A stretch of DNA of 64,000 nucleotides from Herpetosiphonaceae bacterium (lineage in GTDB: Bacteria > Chloroflexota > Chloroflexia > Chloroflexales > Kallotenuaceae). Below the pieces are notes generated by a model. That model did no database searches. It saw nothing but the letters and a program-made list of their open reading frames with translations, and was not told where the DNA came from. Each line of letters begins with the position of its first letter. Position 1 is the stretch's first letter. Below are positions 47,257 to 55,822 of the stretch, in pieces. The translations under genes and the position numbers were made by a program. The DNA lies in assembly GCA_013821605.1 (NCBI GenBank), contig JACDGP010000005.1, forward strand, positions 14,099 through 78,098, given 5' to 3'.

Positions 47257-47910
47257 TTAGCCCGTCACGGTAAAGGACCTAATCAGGAAGTGACCGCCGC
47301 TGTTGCCATAGGCCGTCATCGACCAGGTACCCGCAGCGCTACCCGCAGGCACCGTATAAGAGAAATAGATCTGGCCGCCAGTACTGTGCACGGCGGTCAC
47401 GAGCGCGACTGCGCTACCATCGGGGCGTGTAGCCCACACGCTGATGATCTCGCCATCCCTGAAGCCAGTGCCATGGAAGTTAATCGTACTCCCGGCTGTG
47501 ACCGAGGTCGCACTGATATCGAGTGCGCCGTCCGGTGCGGCTGCCTGAAGTTCAAACGTTGTTACAGCTTCGCGCCCACTTGTCCGACCATGGATGGTGA
47601 TGGCCCACCAGCCCGGCTCCCAAAAGCGTCCCAACTGAATGGTCAGCGTCACATTGCCCGATCCATTAGTCTGGCCACCGGCCGTCGGGTACACCGACCC
47701 GCGCGCACTGCTGGCCCAGGTCGAAACGCTTTCGTTCGCATCCAGACCGGTCGCCTGGAGCGTGAGCGTCTGGTCGGCGCTGGCCTGGATGCGATCAAGC
47801 GAGCTACTCGCTGCAAAGGCCGGAGCTGCGCCGAGCAGTCCGCTCAGGCAGAGCATAAGACTGAGTCCGACAACGATCCACCGCCAGCCATGACTTCGCT
47901 TTGTCGTCAT
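47257..47910 (-). CDS. Secreted protein with two internally duplicated Ig-like/beta-sandwich modules
   Basis: Signal peptide WRWIVVGLSLMLCLSGLLGAAPAFA and AAGGAGG RBS. The two modules of about 85 aa each share the patterns (Q/H)xTG..., ...S.WA..., G.W....HG/YG. Confidence 0.75.
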   Translation of the reverse strand: MTTKRSHGWRWIVVGLSLMLCLSGLLGAAPAFAASSSLDRIQASADQTLTLQATGLDANESVSTWASSARGSVYPTAGGQTNGSGNVTLTIQLGRFWEPGWWAITIHGRTSGREAVTTFELQAAAPDGALDISATSVTAGSTINFHGTGFRDGEIISVWATRPDGSAVALVTAVHSTGGQIYFSYTVPAGSAAGTWSMTAYGNSGGHFLIRSFTVTG

Positions 47911-47952
47911 GATTTCCTCCTTAGATGCTTAAGTGTTACTGATTATAGCCAT

Positions 47953-48744
47953 CTAGCTTTCCGCAGGCGTCACATAGGCAGCGGTAATGCCCCCATCGAC
48001 CAGGAAGGTTGCACCGGTCGTGAAGGAGGACTCATCGGATGCCAGGAACAGGGCGGCCTGCGCTATCTCATGAGCCTCGCCAAAACGTCCCATCGGAATA
48101 TGCACCAGGCGGCGTTCACGTTTTTCCGGTGTGTTGAGGTATTTCATCAACAACTCCGTCCGCAACGGTCCTGGGCACAGGGCGTTGACCCGGATCTTTT
48201 CGCGAGCATGAATCACAGCCAGTTCACGCGTCATCGCCAGGACGCCACCTTTACTCGCGGTGTAGGCGAGCTGTGGCGTGGCCGCGCCCAACAGTGCGAC
48301 AAAGGAAGCGGTATTGATGATCGAGCCACCACCGGCACGGCGCAATGCGGGAATACCATATTTACAGCCCAGAAACACGCCTTTGAGGTTAATGTTCATG
48401 GTTAGGTCCCAGACCTCTTCCTCGGTGCTCACCGCATCGTCATCGCGAATATGGGAAATGCCCGCGTTATTAAACAAGACGTTGAGCTTGCCAAAGGCTC
48501 GCTCGGCCCTCTCCACCATTCCTTGGGCATCCGCCCCTTTGGACACGTCGGCATGCACAAATTGTGCTGCCCCACCGGCTGCGATGATTTCCTCAACGAC
48601 CGCCTGGCCTGCCGCATCGGCTACGTCCGCGACCACAATCTGCGCGCCTTCATGCGCCCACAGCAGCGCCGTTTCCCGCCCGATGCCTGAACCGCCGCCG
48701 GTAATGAGCGCTACTTTATCGGCTAATCGCATCCTTGAGATCAT
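47953..48744 (-). CDS. Short-chain dehydrogenase/reductase (FabG/glucose-dehydrogenase-like)
   Basis: ITGGGSGIGRETA, NNAGI, YTASKGGV. An alternative ATG is at 48732. Confidence 0.9.
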   Translation of the reverse strand: MISRMRLADKVALITGGGSGIGRETALLWAHEGAQIVVADVADAAGQAVVEEIIAAGGAAQFVHADVSKGADAQGMVERAERAFGKLNVLFNNAGISHIRDDDAVSTEEEVWDLTMNINLKGVFLGCKYGIPALRRAGGGSIINTASFVALLGAATPQLAYTASKGGVLAMTRELAVIHAREKIRVNALCPGPLRTELLMKYLNTPEKRERRLVHIPMGRFGEAHEIAQAALFLASDESSFTTGATFLVDGGITAAYVTPAES

Positions 48745-48786
48745 CCTTGCCGACCACGGAAGGTACGTCTTCCCCGGCCCTGCTTG

Positions 48787-50175
48787 TTACGCTCGCTCGA
48801 AGAAGCGTTCCCGCTCCCAGCACGTCACCACTTCATCAAACTTGCGCTGCTCGGTCTTAAGGAAATGCAGATAATGTTCAACGACGTCCTTCCCAAAGGC
48901 CGTGCGTGCCAACTCACAGGCACCAAACTCAGCAATCGCCTCGCGCAACGTCCCAGGTATGCGCGGCAACTCCTTCGCACTGTATATATCACCTTGGAAG
49001 ATGGCCGGCGGCTCAATGTGGTTGCGAATCCCGTCCAGCCCGGCGGCAATTAGGGCGGCGTACACCAGATATGGGTTAGCATCAGCACCGGGCACTCGGC
49101 ACTCAACCCGCAAGGACGCTCCATGGCCGACGACACGGTAGCCGGCCGTACGGTTATCGTAGCTCCATGCGATGCCGGTTGGCGCGAACGAGCCCGCCTG
49201 AAAGCGTTTGTATGAAGAGACATACGGTGCGAAGCAGGCCGTGAGCCCCCGAGCATGCTTCAGCCACCCACCCAGAAAAAAGCGGAAGGTTGGGGAAGCC
49301 TGGACCGGCCCAAGCTGTTCGTCGCCCACGAACAAGCTGCGTTCGCCGGCCGAATCCCGCAGACTCATATGGATATGCATACTCGACCCGGCTAACTTTT
49401 CGTTCCATTTAGCCATAAAGGTCACGGCCTTGCCCTGCGCTTGGGCAATTTCTTTGGCGGCATGCTTGTACAGCACGTTGCGGTCGGCCTGCTCAAGCGC
49501 ATCACAGTATTCGAGGTTAATCTCCTGCTGCCCTGGGCCCCACTCGCCTTTGGTGAATTCGACCGGTACACCACTTCCATCCAGTCCTCGTCGGATCGCG
49601 CCGATCAGATCGTCTTCGATGGTGCCCTGCAAGATGTGATAGTCCTCGATATAGGCGCCCATCGTTTGCAGGTCGTGATAATGCTTCGCCCGCGCACCGG
49701 CAAACGTTTCGTTAAAGACGTACAGTTCGATTTCAGAGCCGCCCATGACAGTGAAGCCAGCCTCATGCGCCAGGGCAAGCTGGCGCTGCAAGATCTGCCG
49801 AGGTGCGACGGCGACCGGCGTGTGCTCTTGATCGTTGAGGATCGTGCAAAAGACCAGCGCCGTACGTGGCAGCCAAGCGGCGCGGCGCAAGGTGGCGAAG
49901 TCGGGCACACAATGCACATCACCATAACCGGTTTCCCAACTGGTGAACTGGTAGCCCGGCACCGGGTCCATCTCCATGTCGCACGCCAGCAGATAATCAC
50001 AGGCATGGTAGCCGCCGTCGGCCACCTGGCGCAGAAAGAAGTGACCGGTGATGCGCTTGCCCAGCAACCGCCCGTACATATCAGGGAACACGGCGAGCAC
50101 CGTGTCGATCTCGCCGCTCGCGATCAACTGGGTTAATTCATCGCGGGTCAACATGCCAGGCACCGGACCGTCCAT
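48787..50175 (-). CDS. Glutamine synthetase family protein (GlnA/PuuA-like gamma-glutamyl ligase)
   Basis: GS catalytic motifs EWGPGQQEINL and LAGSSMHIHMSL, plus NRTAGYRV. ATG 50175 has a GAGG RBS. Confidence 0.88.
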   Translation of the reverse strand: MDGPVPGMLTRDELTQLIASGEIDTVLAVFPDMYGRLLGKRITGHFFLRQVADGGYHACDYLLACDMEMDPVPGYQFTSWETGYGDVHCVPDFATLRRAAWLPRTALVFCTILNDQEHTPVAVAPRQILQRQLALAHEAGFTVMGGSEIELYVFNETFAGARAKHYHDLQTMGAYIEDYHILQGTIEDDLIGAIRRGLDGSGVPVEFTKGEWGPGQQEINLEYCDALEQADRNVLYKHAAKEIAQAQGKAVTFMAKWNEKLAGSSMHIHMSLRDSAGERSLFVGDEQLGPVQASPTFRFFLGGWLKHARGLTACFAPYVSSYKRFQAGSFAPTGIAWSYDNRTAGYRVVGHGASLRVECRVPGADANPYLVYAALIAAGLDGIRNHIEPPAIFQGDIYSAKELPRIPGTLREAIAEFGACELARTAFGKDVVEHYLHFLKTEQRKFDEVVTCWERERFFERA

Positions 50176-50231
50176 ACGCACTACCTCTAACGCTGCGCAT
50201 AGTATACTCTGTATCATTACAAGGAGTTCCC

Positions 50232-50918
50232 ATGTCCCAACGCACCGAGCAGCACTCGACCTGGTTCGTCGCGGTCGTCGCGCTGTTCATTACCTGTTTG
50301 TTGATCGCCAATATTGTCTCGGTGAAGTTGGTGTCGATCTTCGGGCTGACGGTACCGGCCGGCATCGTCATCTTTCCGATCAGCTATATCTGCGGCGATG
50401 TCCTGACCGAGGTCTATGGCTTCCGCCGTGCCCGCCAAGTCATTTGGCTCGGCTTCGCCTGTAACCTGCTGGCCGTCGTCGCGATTTGGATCGGCCAAGT
50501 GCTACCTGGACCGGCCTTCTGGGATGCGCAGTCCGCCTATGCCCGCATCCTGGGCTTCACGCCCCGTCTGTTGGTCGCCTCATTCTGCGCGTTTTTAGTC
50601 GGCGAGTTTGCCAATTCTGCAGTGTTGGCCAAGATGAAGATCATGACCAACGGCCGCCTGCTGTGGACGCGCACCATCGGATCGACAATCATCGGCGAGG
50701 GCCTCGACTCGCTGATTTTCGTAACGATCGCCTTTGTGGGCATTATTCCGGCGTCGGCCATCGGCACGGCGATTGTGACGCAATGGCTCTTCAAGACCGC
50801 CTATGAAACGCTGGCCACACCCCTGACCTACGTGGTCGTCAACTTCTTAAAGCGCAAAGAAGGGATCGACGTCTTCGACCGCGATACCTCGTTCAACCCG
50901 CTGGCACTGGCGGAGTAG
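50232..50918 (+). CDS. yhhQ: Queuosine-precursor transporter (YhhQ / DUF165 / VUT family)
   Basis: LLIANIVSVKLVSIFGLTVPAGIVIFPISYICGDVLTEVYGF is characteristic of YhhQ. AAGGAG RBS. Confidence 0.85.
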   Translation: MSQRTEQHSTWFVAVVALFITCLLIANIVSVKLVSIFGLTVPAGIVIFPISYICGDVLTEVYGFRRARQVIWLGFACNLLAVVAIWIGQVLPGPAFWDAQSAYARILGFTPRLLVASFCAFLVGEFANSAVLAKMKIMTNGRLLWTRTIGSTIIGEGLDSLIFVTIAFVGIIPASAIGTAIVTQWLFKTAYETLATPLTYVVVNFLKRKEGIDVFDRDTSFNPLALAE

Positions 50919-51024
50919 GTGGGCAACAATGGCCTGTCGGTGTACGTAGTGGTATAGTTTCGGGCAAACCAGTGGTGCCCGTGTATTCGCCCCCTCATCA
51001 CGGCTTTATGTGAAAGGACCGGCC

Positions 51025-52923
51025 ATGCTGAAGCTTCGTCATCTGGTGGTTGTGCTTACCATGGTGTTCGTCGGTGTAGGATGGGGGCGAGTTGCGCCCG
51101 TAGCCGTGATGGCAGCTCCGTCCGCAACAATTACGGGATTGCATGTCTCGGGCAATCAAATCCTGAATGGTGCAGCGCAGCCGCTACGCCTACTAGGCGT
51201 CAATCGTTCCGGCACCGAGTACCAATGTATTAATAACAACGGTTTCTTCGAAGGCCCAAGCGATGCGGCCTCGGTCCAGGCAATTGCCGCCTGGCATACG
51301 AACGCCGTGCGTGTTCCGCTCAACGAGGATTGCTGGCTCGCCATTAATGGTGCGCCCCCGGCCTATTCCGGTACCGCCTACCAGACGGCGATCAGCAATT
51401 ACGTTAGCCTGCTTAACCAGAACGGTCTGATCGCGATCCTGGACCTGCACTGGAACGCCCCCGGCAGCACTCGATCCACCGGGCAGCAAGAAATGCCCGA
51501 TGCCGACCATGCGCCGGACTTTTGGAGCTCGGTTGCAAACACCTTTAAGAGCAACAGCGCAGTGGTCTTCGACCTGTATAACGAGCCGCACGACGTCTCC
51601 TGGCAGTGCTGGCGCGATGGCGGCCTATGTGCTCAAACCGGTAGCACCACCTATAACGCAGCCGGCATGCAATCGCTCGTCACCACTGTCCGCAACACGG
51701 GTGCGACCAACCTCCTCATGCTCGGTGGTCTCGCTTATTCCAATGATCTGACCCAGTGGCTAGCCTACAAACCAAGCGATCCGCAGGGCAACCTTGTGGC
51801 GTCGTGGCATGTCTACAACTTTAATGCATGCAGCACCACCACTTGCTACGACAGCCAGATCGCTCCCGTGCTCCAGCAAGTTCCATTGGTGGCAGGCGAG
51901 ATGGGCGAGAACGATTGTGCCCACGGCTTTATCGATAGCGTGATGAGCTGGCTCGACGCGCACAGCGCCAGCTACCTCGGCTGGGCCTGGGATGTACAGG
52001 ATTGCAGTGGCTTTCCCGCGCTCATTAGCGACTATAACGGCACTCCCACGAACTTCGGTGTGGGACTACGCGATCACCTGGCCAGCCTAGCGGGCCAACA
52101 GGGCAGTATCACCGTCGTCAGCCCGCTCACCTTGACCCCGCACCTCGTCGCCTTCGGGCAGACGTTGACCGGTCAAGCCACGATCCAAAACACCGGCACT
52201 GCCAGTGCCACGCTCAACGAGGTCATTATTGCGATCCGGCCACCGGGTGGCACCAACGGTGGTGGTCCTTTCAATTATGACTTCGGCGCACAAACCAACA
52301 TCACGCTGGCTCCGGGCGAGAGCCGCACGATTCAAGGGAGTCTCACATTCACGAGTTCTGACCCGACCGGAGCATGGTACGGCTACTTGACCTACGCAGG
52401 GCAGGATAATGTCTACCATGACCAGTCGAATGTACCCTTCGCCCTAACGGCCACACCCGGTACCTTTACGCTGTACGATAATGCCTTCGCGAACGGTTTC
52501 ACCGATGGCACCTTCAACTATAGTTCGCGTAACCCGTGCGATACCACGCTGTATACCTCGGCCCCCTGCTCCTATGCGATTGCCTATACCGCCTTTGGTG
52601 GCATCAACTTCCAAACGGATGCCGGTTTCAGTACCGACCCCTACGTTTCGTTGCAGTGGAACGTCAACCCCGCCGGGCAGCCCCTCCGGGATTTCTCGGT
52701 GCTCTTCACCGACACGAGCCCCAACCACAATGTGATCGCGCAAGTAACATTGTCGTCACGGAGTGTGAAAGCGCGGCTGGGGAATGGCTGGGTGCGGGTC
52801 GCTGTGCCCCTGACCCAGTTGAATCCATCGAAGATCCCGATCAGTTCGATCCAGCTCAAAAACGCGACCGGCGGCAACCTTGCCACGATCCACGTCGACG
52901 ATGTTAAATTCCTGACGCACTAA
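51025..52923 (+). CDS. Secreted glycoside hydrolase family 5 (cellulase) with C-terminal beta-sandwich modules
   Basis: Signal peptide, acid/base LYNEPHD and nucleophile VAGEMGEND. About 270 C-terminal residues are non-catalytic. Confidence 0.88.
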   Translation: MLKLRHLVVVLTMVFVGVGWGRVAPVAVMAAPSATITGLHVSGNQILNGAAQPLRLLGVNRSGTEYQCINNNGFFEGPSDAASVQAIAAWHTNAVRVPLNEDCWLAINGAPPAYSGTAYQTAISNYVSLLNQNGLIAILDLHWNAPGSTRSTGQQEMPDADHAPDFWSSVANTFKSNSAVVFDLYNEPHDVSWQCWRDGGLCAQTGSTTYNAAGMQSLVTTVRNTGATNLLMLGGLAYSNDLTQWLAYKPSDPQGNLVASWHVYNFNACSTTTCYDSQIAPVLQQVPLVAGEMGENDCAHGFIDSVMSWLDAHSASYLGWAWDVQDCSGFPALISDYNGTPTNFGVGLRDHLASLAGQQGSITVVSPLTLTPHLVAFGQTLTGQATIQNTGTASATLNEVIIAIRPPGGTNGGGPFNYDFGAQTNITLAPGESRTIQGSLTFTSSDPTGAWYGYLTYAGQDNVYHDQSNVPFALTATPGTFTLYDNAFANGFTDGTFNYSSRNPCDTTLYTSAPCSYAIAYTAFGGINFQTDAGFSTDPYVSLQWNVNPAGQPLRDFSVLFTDTSPNHNVIAQVTLSSRSVKARLGNGWVRVAVPLTQLNPSKIPISSIQLKNATGGNLATIHVDDVKFLTH

Positions 52924-52938
52924 CGTATGCGCTAATCG

Positions 52939-52977
52939 TTGATCGCCCTGAGTCCCAAGTGGACTCAGGGCGATCAA
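52939..52977. terminator. Perfect 17-bp-stem hairpin between convergent genes
   Basis: TTGATCGCCCTGAGTCC (52939-52955), loop CAAGT, GGACTCAGGGCGATCAA (52961-52977). No U-tract. Confidence 0.5.
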
Positions 52978-52993
52978 TGACCGGTCAGGAGCG

Positions 52994-54085
52994 TTAGGTA
53001 TACAGATTACGCAAAACCTGCCCCCATACAGGATCCGACCGGATATCGGTGCTGTCACTAAACTGATCGATGCTCCCGATCAGATGTCGGGCAGCGAGTT
53101 GCTTAATCGCCGGGTCGCTGATCTCTGCGCGAAGCGCATCGGCAAAGGCAGTGCCATAGATCACTTTGAACGGCCGGCTAAAGAAATTCACCACCTGCTC
53201 CGGCAACTTCGGCGCGAGACCCAACGCGTTGTGCATGCGAGCCACGTACTCATAGGCCTCTGCCAGGGCGTCCTCACGCTCGCGCCAAATTGGCGCAATC
53301 TGTCCACGCCAGAGGATCGACTGAAGGTCGGTCGAGCATCGCAATTGCTTAAACGCCGTGCCAAACCACTTGGGGTAAGGCGCGTACTGCCGCTCCATCA
53401 AGAAGCACAAGTTCATGATGTCCCGCACCAGCCGCGAGCCGATCAGCGCCGACCCCAACTCATCACCGGCATAACCGGCGCGCGGCATAAGATGCTCCTC
53501 CTGCCCAATTCGGTTCCAGCCCGATGCCAACAAATACAACCACACATCGTGGGGATAGTACGCCAGAGCCCCACGTAGCGCGGATAGCTCGCCTACGTTG
53601 TCGTAGTGCACCGCCCCCGCCGTGATCTCGCGTAGCTTCTGTGACGGAAACGTCAGCCAGTCCGCAGCCTTGATGGACTGGCCGAGTTCAAACCCCAGCT
53701 GGTGCTTCGCAAACGTGCGCAGGGTTTCGACGAACACGAGGTGTTCGATCGGCCCGTCCGGCGTTGCCTGCATCATGCGAACTCCCGGGTCATCTGGGGC
53801 TTCCACAGTCCCGACCGGATAACCACAGAAGACATGCGGCAGCTCATGGCGTAGCAGGTCGTGTATCGCTCCGGCCAACCCAGCGTCTGCATCACGCAGA
53901 AAGATCTGCACCGATGGTCCCCAACCATGATCCGTCGACATTTCAGTGTCAAACCCGAGCACGTCACTGCCGCTGCCGACACGTGCGGCGGCATGTGGAA
54001 GACCTGGGTAATTGTCATCCAGAAGAGGGCGGACAGCTTCCCAATAGAAGCGCCAGCTCAGCTCAATTCCAGGGATAAACGGCAT
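52994..54085 (-). CDS. Nucleotidyltransferase-fold-like protein (DUF4037-like)
   Basis: N-terminal RVGSGSDVLGFDTEMSTDHGWGP fits the G-S-x(n)-D-x-D pattern of pol-beta-type NTases and my memory of DUF4037. ATG 54085 has a GAGAGGAG RBS (54091 is TTG). Confidence 0.6.
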   Translation of the reverse strand: MPFIPGIELSWRFYWEAVRPLLDDNYPGLPHAAARVGSGSDVLGFDTEMSTDHGWGPSVQIFLRDADAGLAGAIHDLLRHELPHVFCGYPVGTVEAPDDPGVRMMQATPDGPIEHLVFVETLRTFAKHQLGFELGQSIKAADWLTFPSQKLREITAGAVHYDNVGELSALRGALAYYPHDVWLYLLASGWNRIGQEEHLMPRAGYAGDELGSALIGSRLVRDIMNLCFLMERQYAPYPKWFGTAFKQLRCSTDLQSILWRGQIAPIWREREDALAEAYEYVARMHNALGLAPKLPEQVVNFFSRPFKVIYGTAFADALRAEISDPAIKQLAARHLIGSIDQFSDSTDIRSDPVWGQVLRNLYT

Positions 54086-54129
54086 GCGCAATCGCTCCTC
54101 TCACATCTCCTCACGTTCAATAGTGACGA

Positions 54130-54477
54130 CTACGGTAGGCTGCGCGGCTCTAACAGCACCCAAAGGCCATCAAGGAGCTGCTGTACGCGTATAAGCGATA
54201 GCTGACCAATGTGTGTCTGGAGCTGGTCACGATGAACAGTAAAGATCTGCGAGACGTTGACCACGCTCTGCTTCGGCAGATCACCCTCGCTGAGATCGAG
54301 CAGGACATTGCCCGGTGCACGAGAGCGACCCAGCTTCGTTGTAAGTGCAGCGACAATCACTGTCTGCAGTCTACTTGCGTTAACGACATCGTTTTGTAGC
54401 ACGACGACGGGACGCATGTCGTCCTCGCCTAGATCACACCAGTACAGCTCACCTTGGCGTATCTCAGCCATACTCAT
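54130..54477 (-). CDS. mazF: Type II toxin, MazF/PemK-family endoribonuclease
   Basis: GELYWCDLGEDDMRPVVVLQNDVVN...TVIVAALTTKL...PKQSVVNVSQIFTV is the canonical PemK/MazF pattern. Confidence 0.88.
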   Translation of the reverse strand: MSMAEIRQGELYWCDLGEDDMRPVVVLQNDVVNASRLQTVIVAALTTKLGRSRAPGNVLLDLSEGDLPKQSVVNVSQIFTVHRDQLQTHIGQLSLIRVQQLLDGLWVLLEPRSLP

Positions 54478-54728
54478 TCCCAGGGATCGGCCACCCGGCG
54501 CATTGTGCGCCGGACGCCCCGCAGCAGTGCCTCGTCCTCAGGATCGAGTTGGTCGCTATACTCGGCGTTGAGCCCTTTGAGTAGTTCTTGGCTCCGCTCC
54601 CGCTCGATGAGCTCGTGCAATGCACGAGCATAAAGGCCACTGCGTGTCAGGTGTAACTCCTGAGCGAGCTGTTCCGCTGCAGTGAATAGCTCCGCATCAA
54701 GGGAAACACCGGTCTTGACTTGTGCCAT
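54474..54728 (-). CDS. Antitoxin (RHH/CopG- or MazE-like)
   Basis: 84 aa. VSLDAELFTAAEQLAQELHLTRSGLYARALHELIERE is a ribbon-helix-helix pattern. ATGA overlap with mazF at 54474-54477. GAAAGG RBS. Confidence 0.8.
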   Translation of the reverse strand: MAQVKTGVSLDAELFTAAEQLAQELHLTRSGLYARALHELIERERSQELLKGLNAEYSDQLDPEDEALLRGVRRTMRRVADPWE

Positions 54729-54732
54729 TGGT

Positions 54733-55704
54733 TTAACCTTTCGTATAACCATTAGTATAACTTACTGGACGAGAGGCAGCAACATGGTTGGGAGCAGGGT
54801 CGTGGCTGAGTGGATAGGCGACGCGCTGGAATGCGGCATAGGTTGGAGCATCCGGGTTAGACTCGGCTGGATCGCCGGCCACGGCCTGAGCGGCAGGTGC
54901 TGCTGTAACGAAGGCAGTATCGCTAACCTGGATGTGGCCAGAGATCATTTCCACGACCAGCAGCCCGTTGCTGACTTGGCTGGTCGCAGGATTGTTGATT
55001 TCGTAGTGGACGTAGATCGGCGCGGCTCCGGCGTTCAAGCTTAGCATGCCGTTTTGAGCCGTGATGGTGTGCGTCGCACCGTCACGCTCGGTGATAGTCG
55101 CCGTGGTCGAGGCAGAAGGCAGCTGTACAGTGCTCCCGGCAGGTGACCACACGCCATTGCCATCTGATGCTCGGAAGCGGCTGGCGTAGACTTCGGTGCC
55201 CTCGAAGGCCGTGAGATCGTCGACATAGATCGTGCCCATGCCGGTGGCGGTATCAGGGTGCGGCGCGACGACCAGGGCCTTGATGCGTACGGCACCATCC
55301 AGTTGTCCGTTGCCGCCTTTGGTAATGCGGTTGCCGTCCTCGACCGGACCGGTAATGGAGGTTTGGAGAAACTGCCAGCCCGGCTGCCCAATGAAGCCCA
55401 AGCGGTACTGCAAGGTTTCGTTTTCGGCATCGGTCAGCTGGAGTTGCAGGATATGACCGGAGCCGTCGCCATAGATCCATAGACCGAGCTTCGTGGTATT
55501 GGCCGGAATGGGCGTGGGCGTGGGCGTGGAGCGCTCGAAGGCCACGTACTCATTGGTGGGTGTGGCAAATTGATAGGTGATCGCCTCGGAGGATTGGCCA
55601 CTGTGGACCTGGTTGGTGCTGGCGGTGATCGGCGGCTTGCCCGAGGGAAAGGGCGCGCCCCAACCGCTGGCATCCTCAAAGGGGAGCACAATCTGGTGGG
55701 GCAT
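54733..55704 (-). CDS. Uncharacterised protein, N-terminal carbohydrate-binding-module-like beta-sandwich, no signal peptide
   Basis: 323-aa ORF. GLWIYGDGSGHILQLQLTD...GQPGWQFL...IYVDDL resembles CBM/CIA30-like sandwiches. The stop is 4 nt before the antitoxin ATG. Confidence 0.6.
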   Translation of the reverse strand: MPHQIVLPFEDASGWGAPFPSGKPPITASTNQVHSGQSSEAITYQFATPTNEYVAFERSTPTPTPIPANTTKLGLWIYGDGSGHILQLQLTDAENETLQYRLGFIGQPGWQFLQTSITGPVEDGNRITKGGNGQLDGAVRIKALVVAPHPDTATGMGTIYVDDLTAFEGTEVYASRFRASDGNGVWSPAGSTVQLPSASTTATITERDGATHTITAQNGMLSLNAGAAPIYVHYEINNPATSQVSNGLLVVEMISGHIQVSDTAFVTAAPAAQAVAGDPAESNPDAPTYAAFQRVAYPLSHDPAPNHVAASRPVSYTNGYTKG

Positions 55705-55760
55705 AGGGCTGGGTGCCCTTTGTGCAATAGCTCAATGTGTCTATTTTAGCGATAGTACAC

Positions 55761-55789
55761 AACAAAAGACACGAGAGCGCTCTCGTGTC
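55761..55789 (-). terminator. Rho-independent terminator of gltB
   Basis: The minus strand reads GACACGAGAGC/GCTCTCGTGTC (palindrome 55768-55789) followed by TTTTGTT, 33 nt after the gltB stop. Confidence 0.8.
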
Positions 55790-55822
55790 TGTGCCAGTAG
55801 ATAGCCCATAGTGCTGGCAGGA

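Noticed and set aside
47224-48405. 393-aa plus-strand ORF
   Set aside because: It spans the antisense of two well-supported minus-strand genes (the secreted Ig-like protein and an SDR) and has no recognisable motifs.
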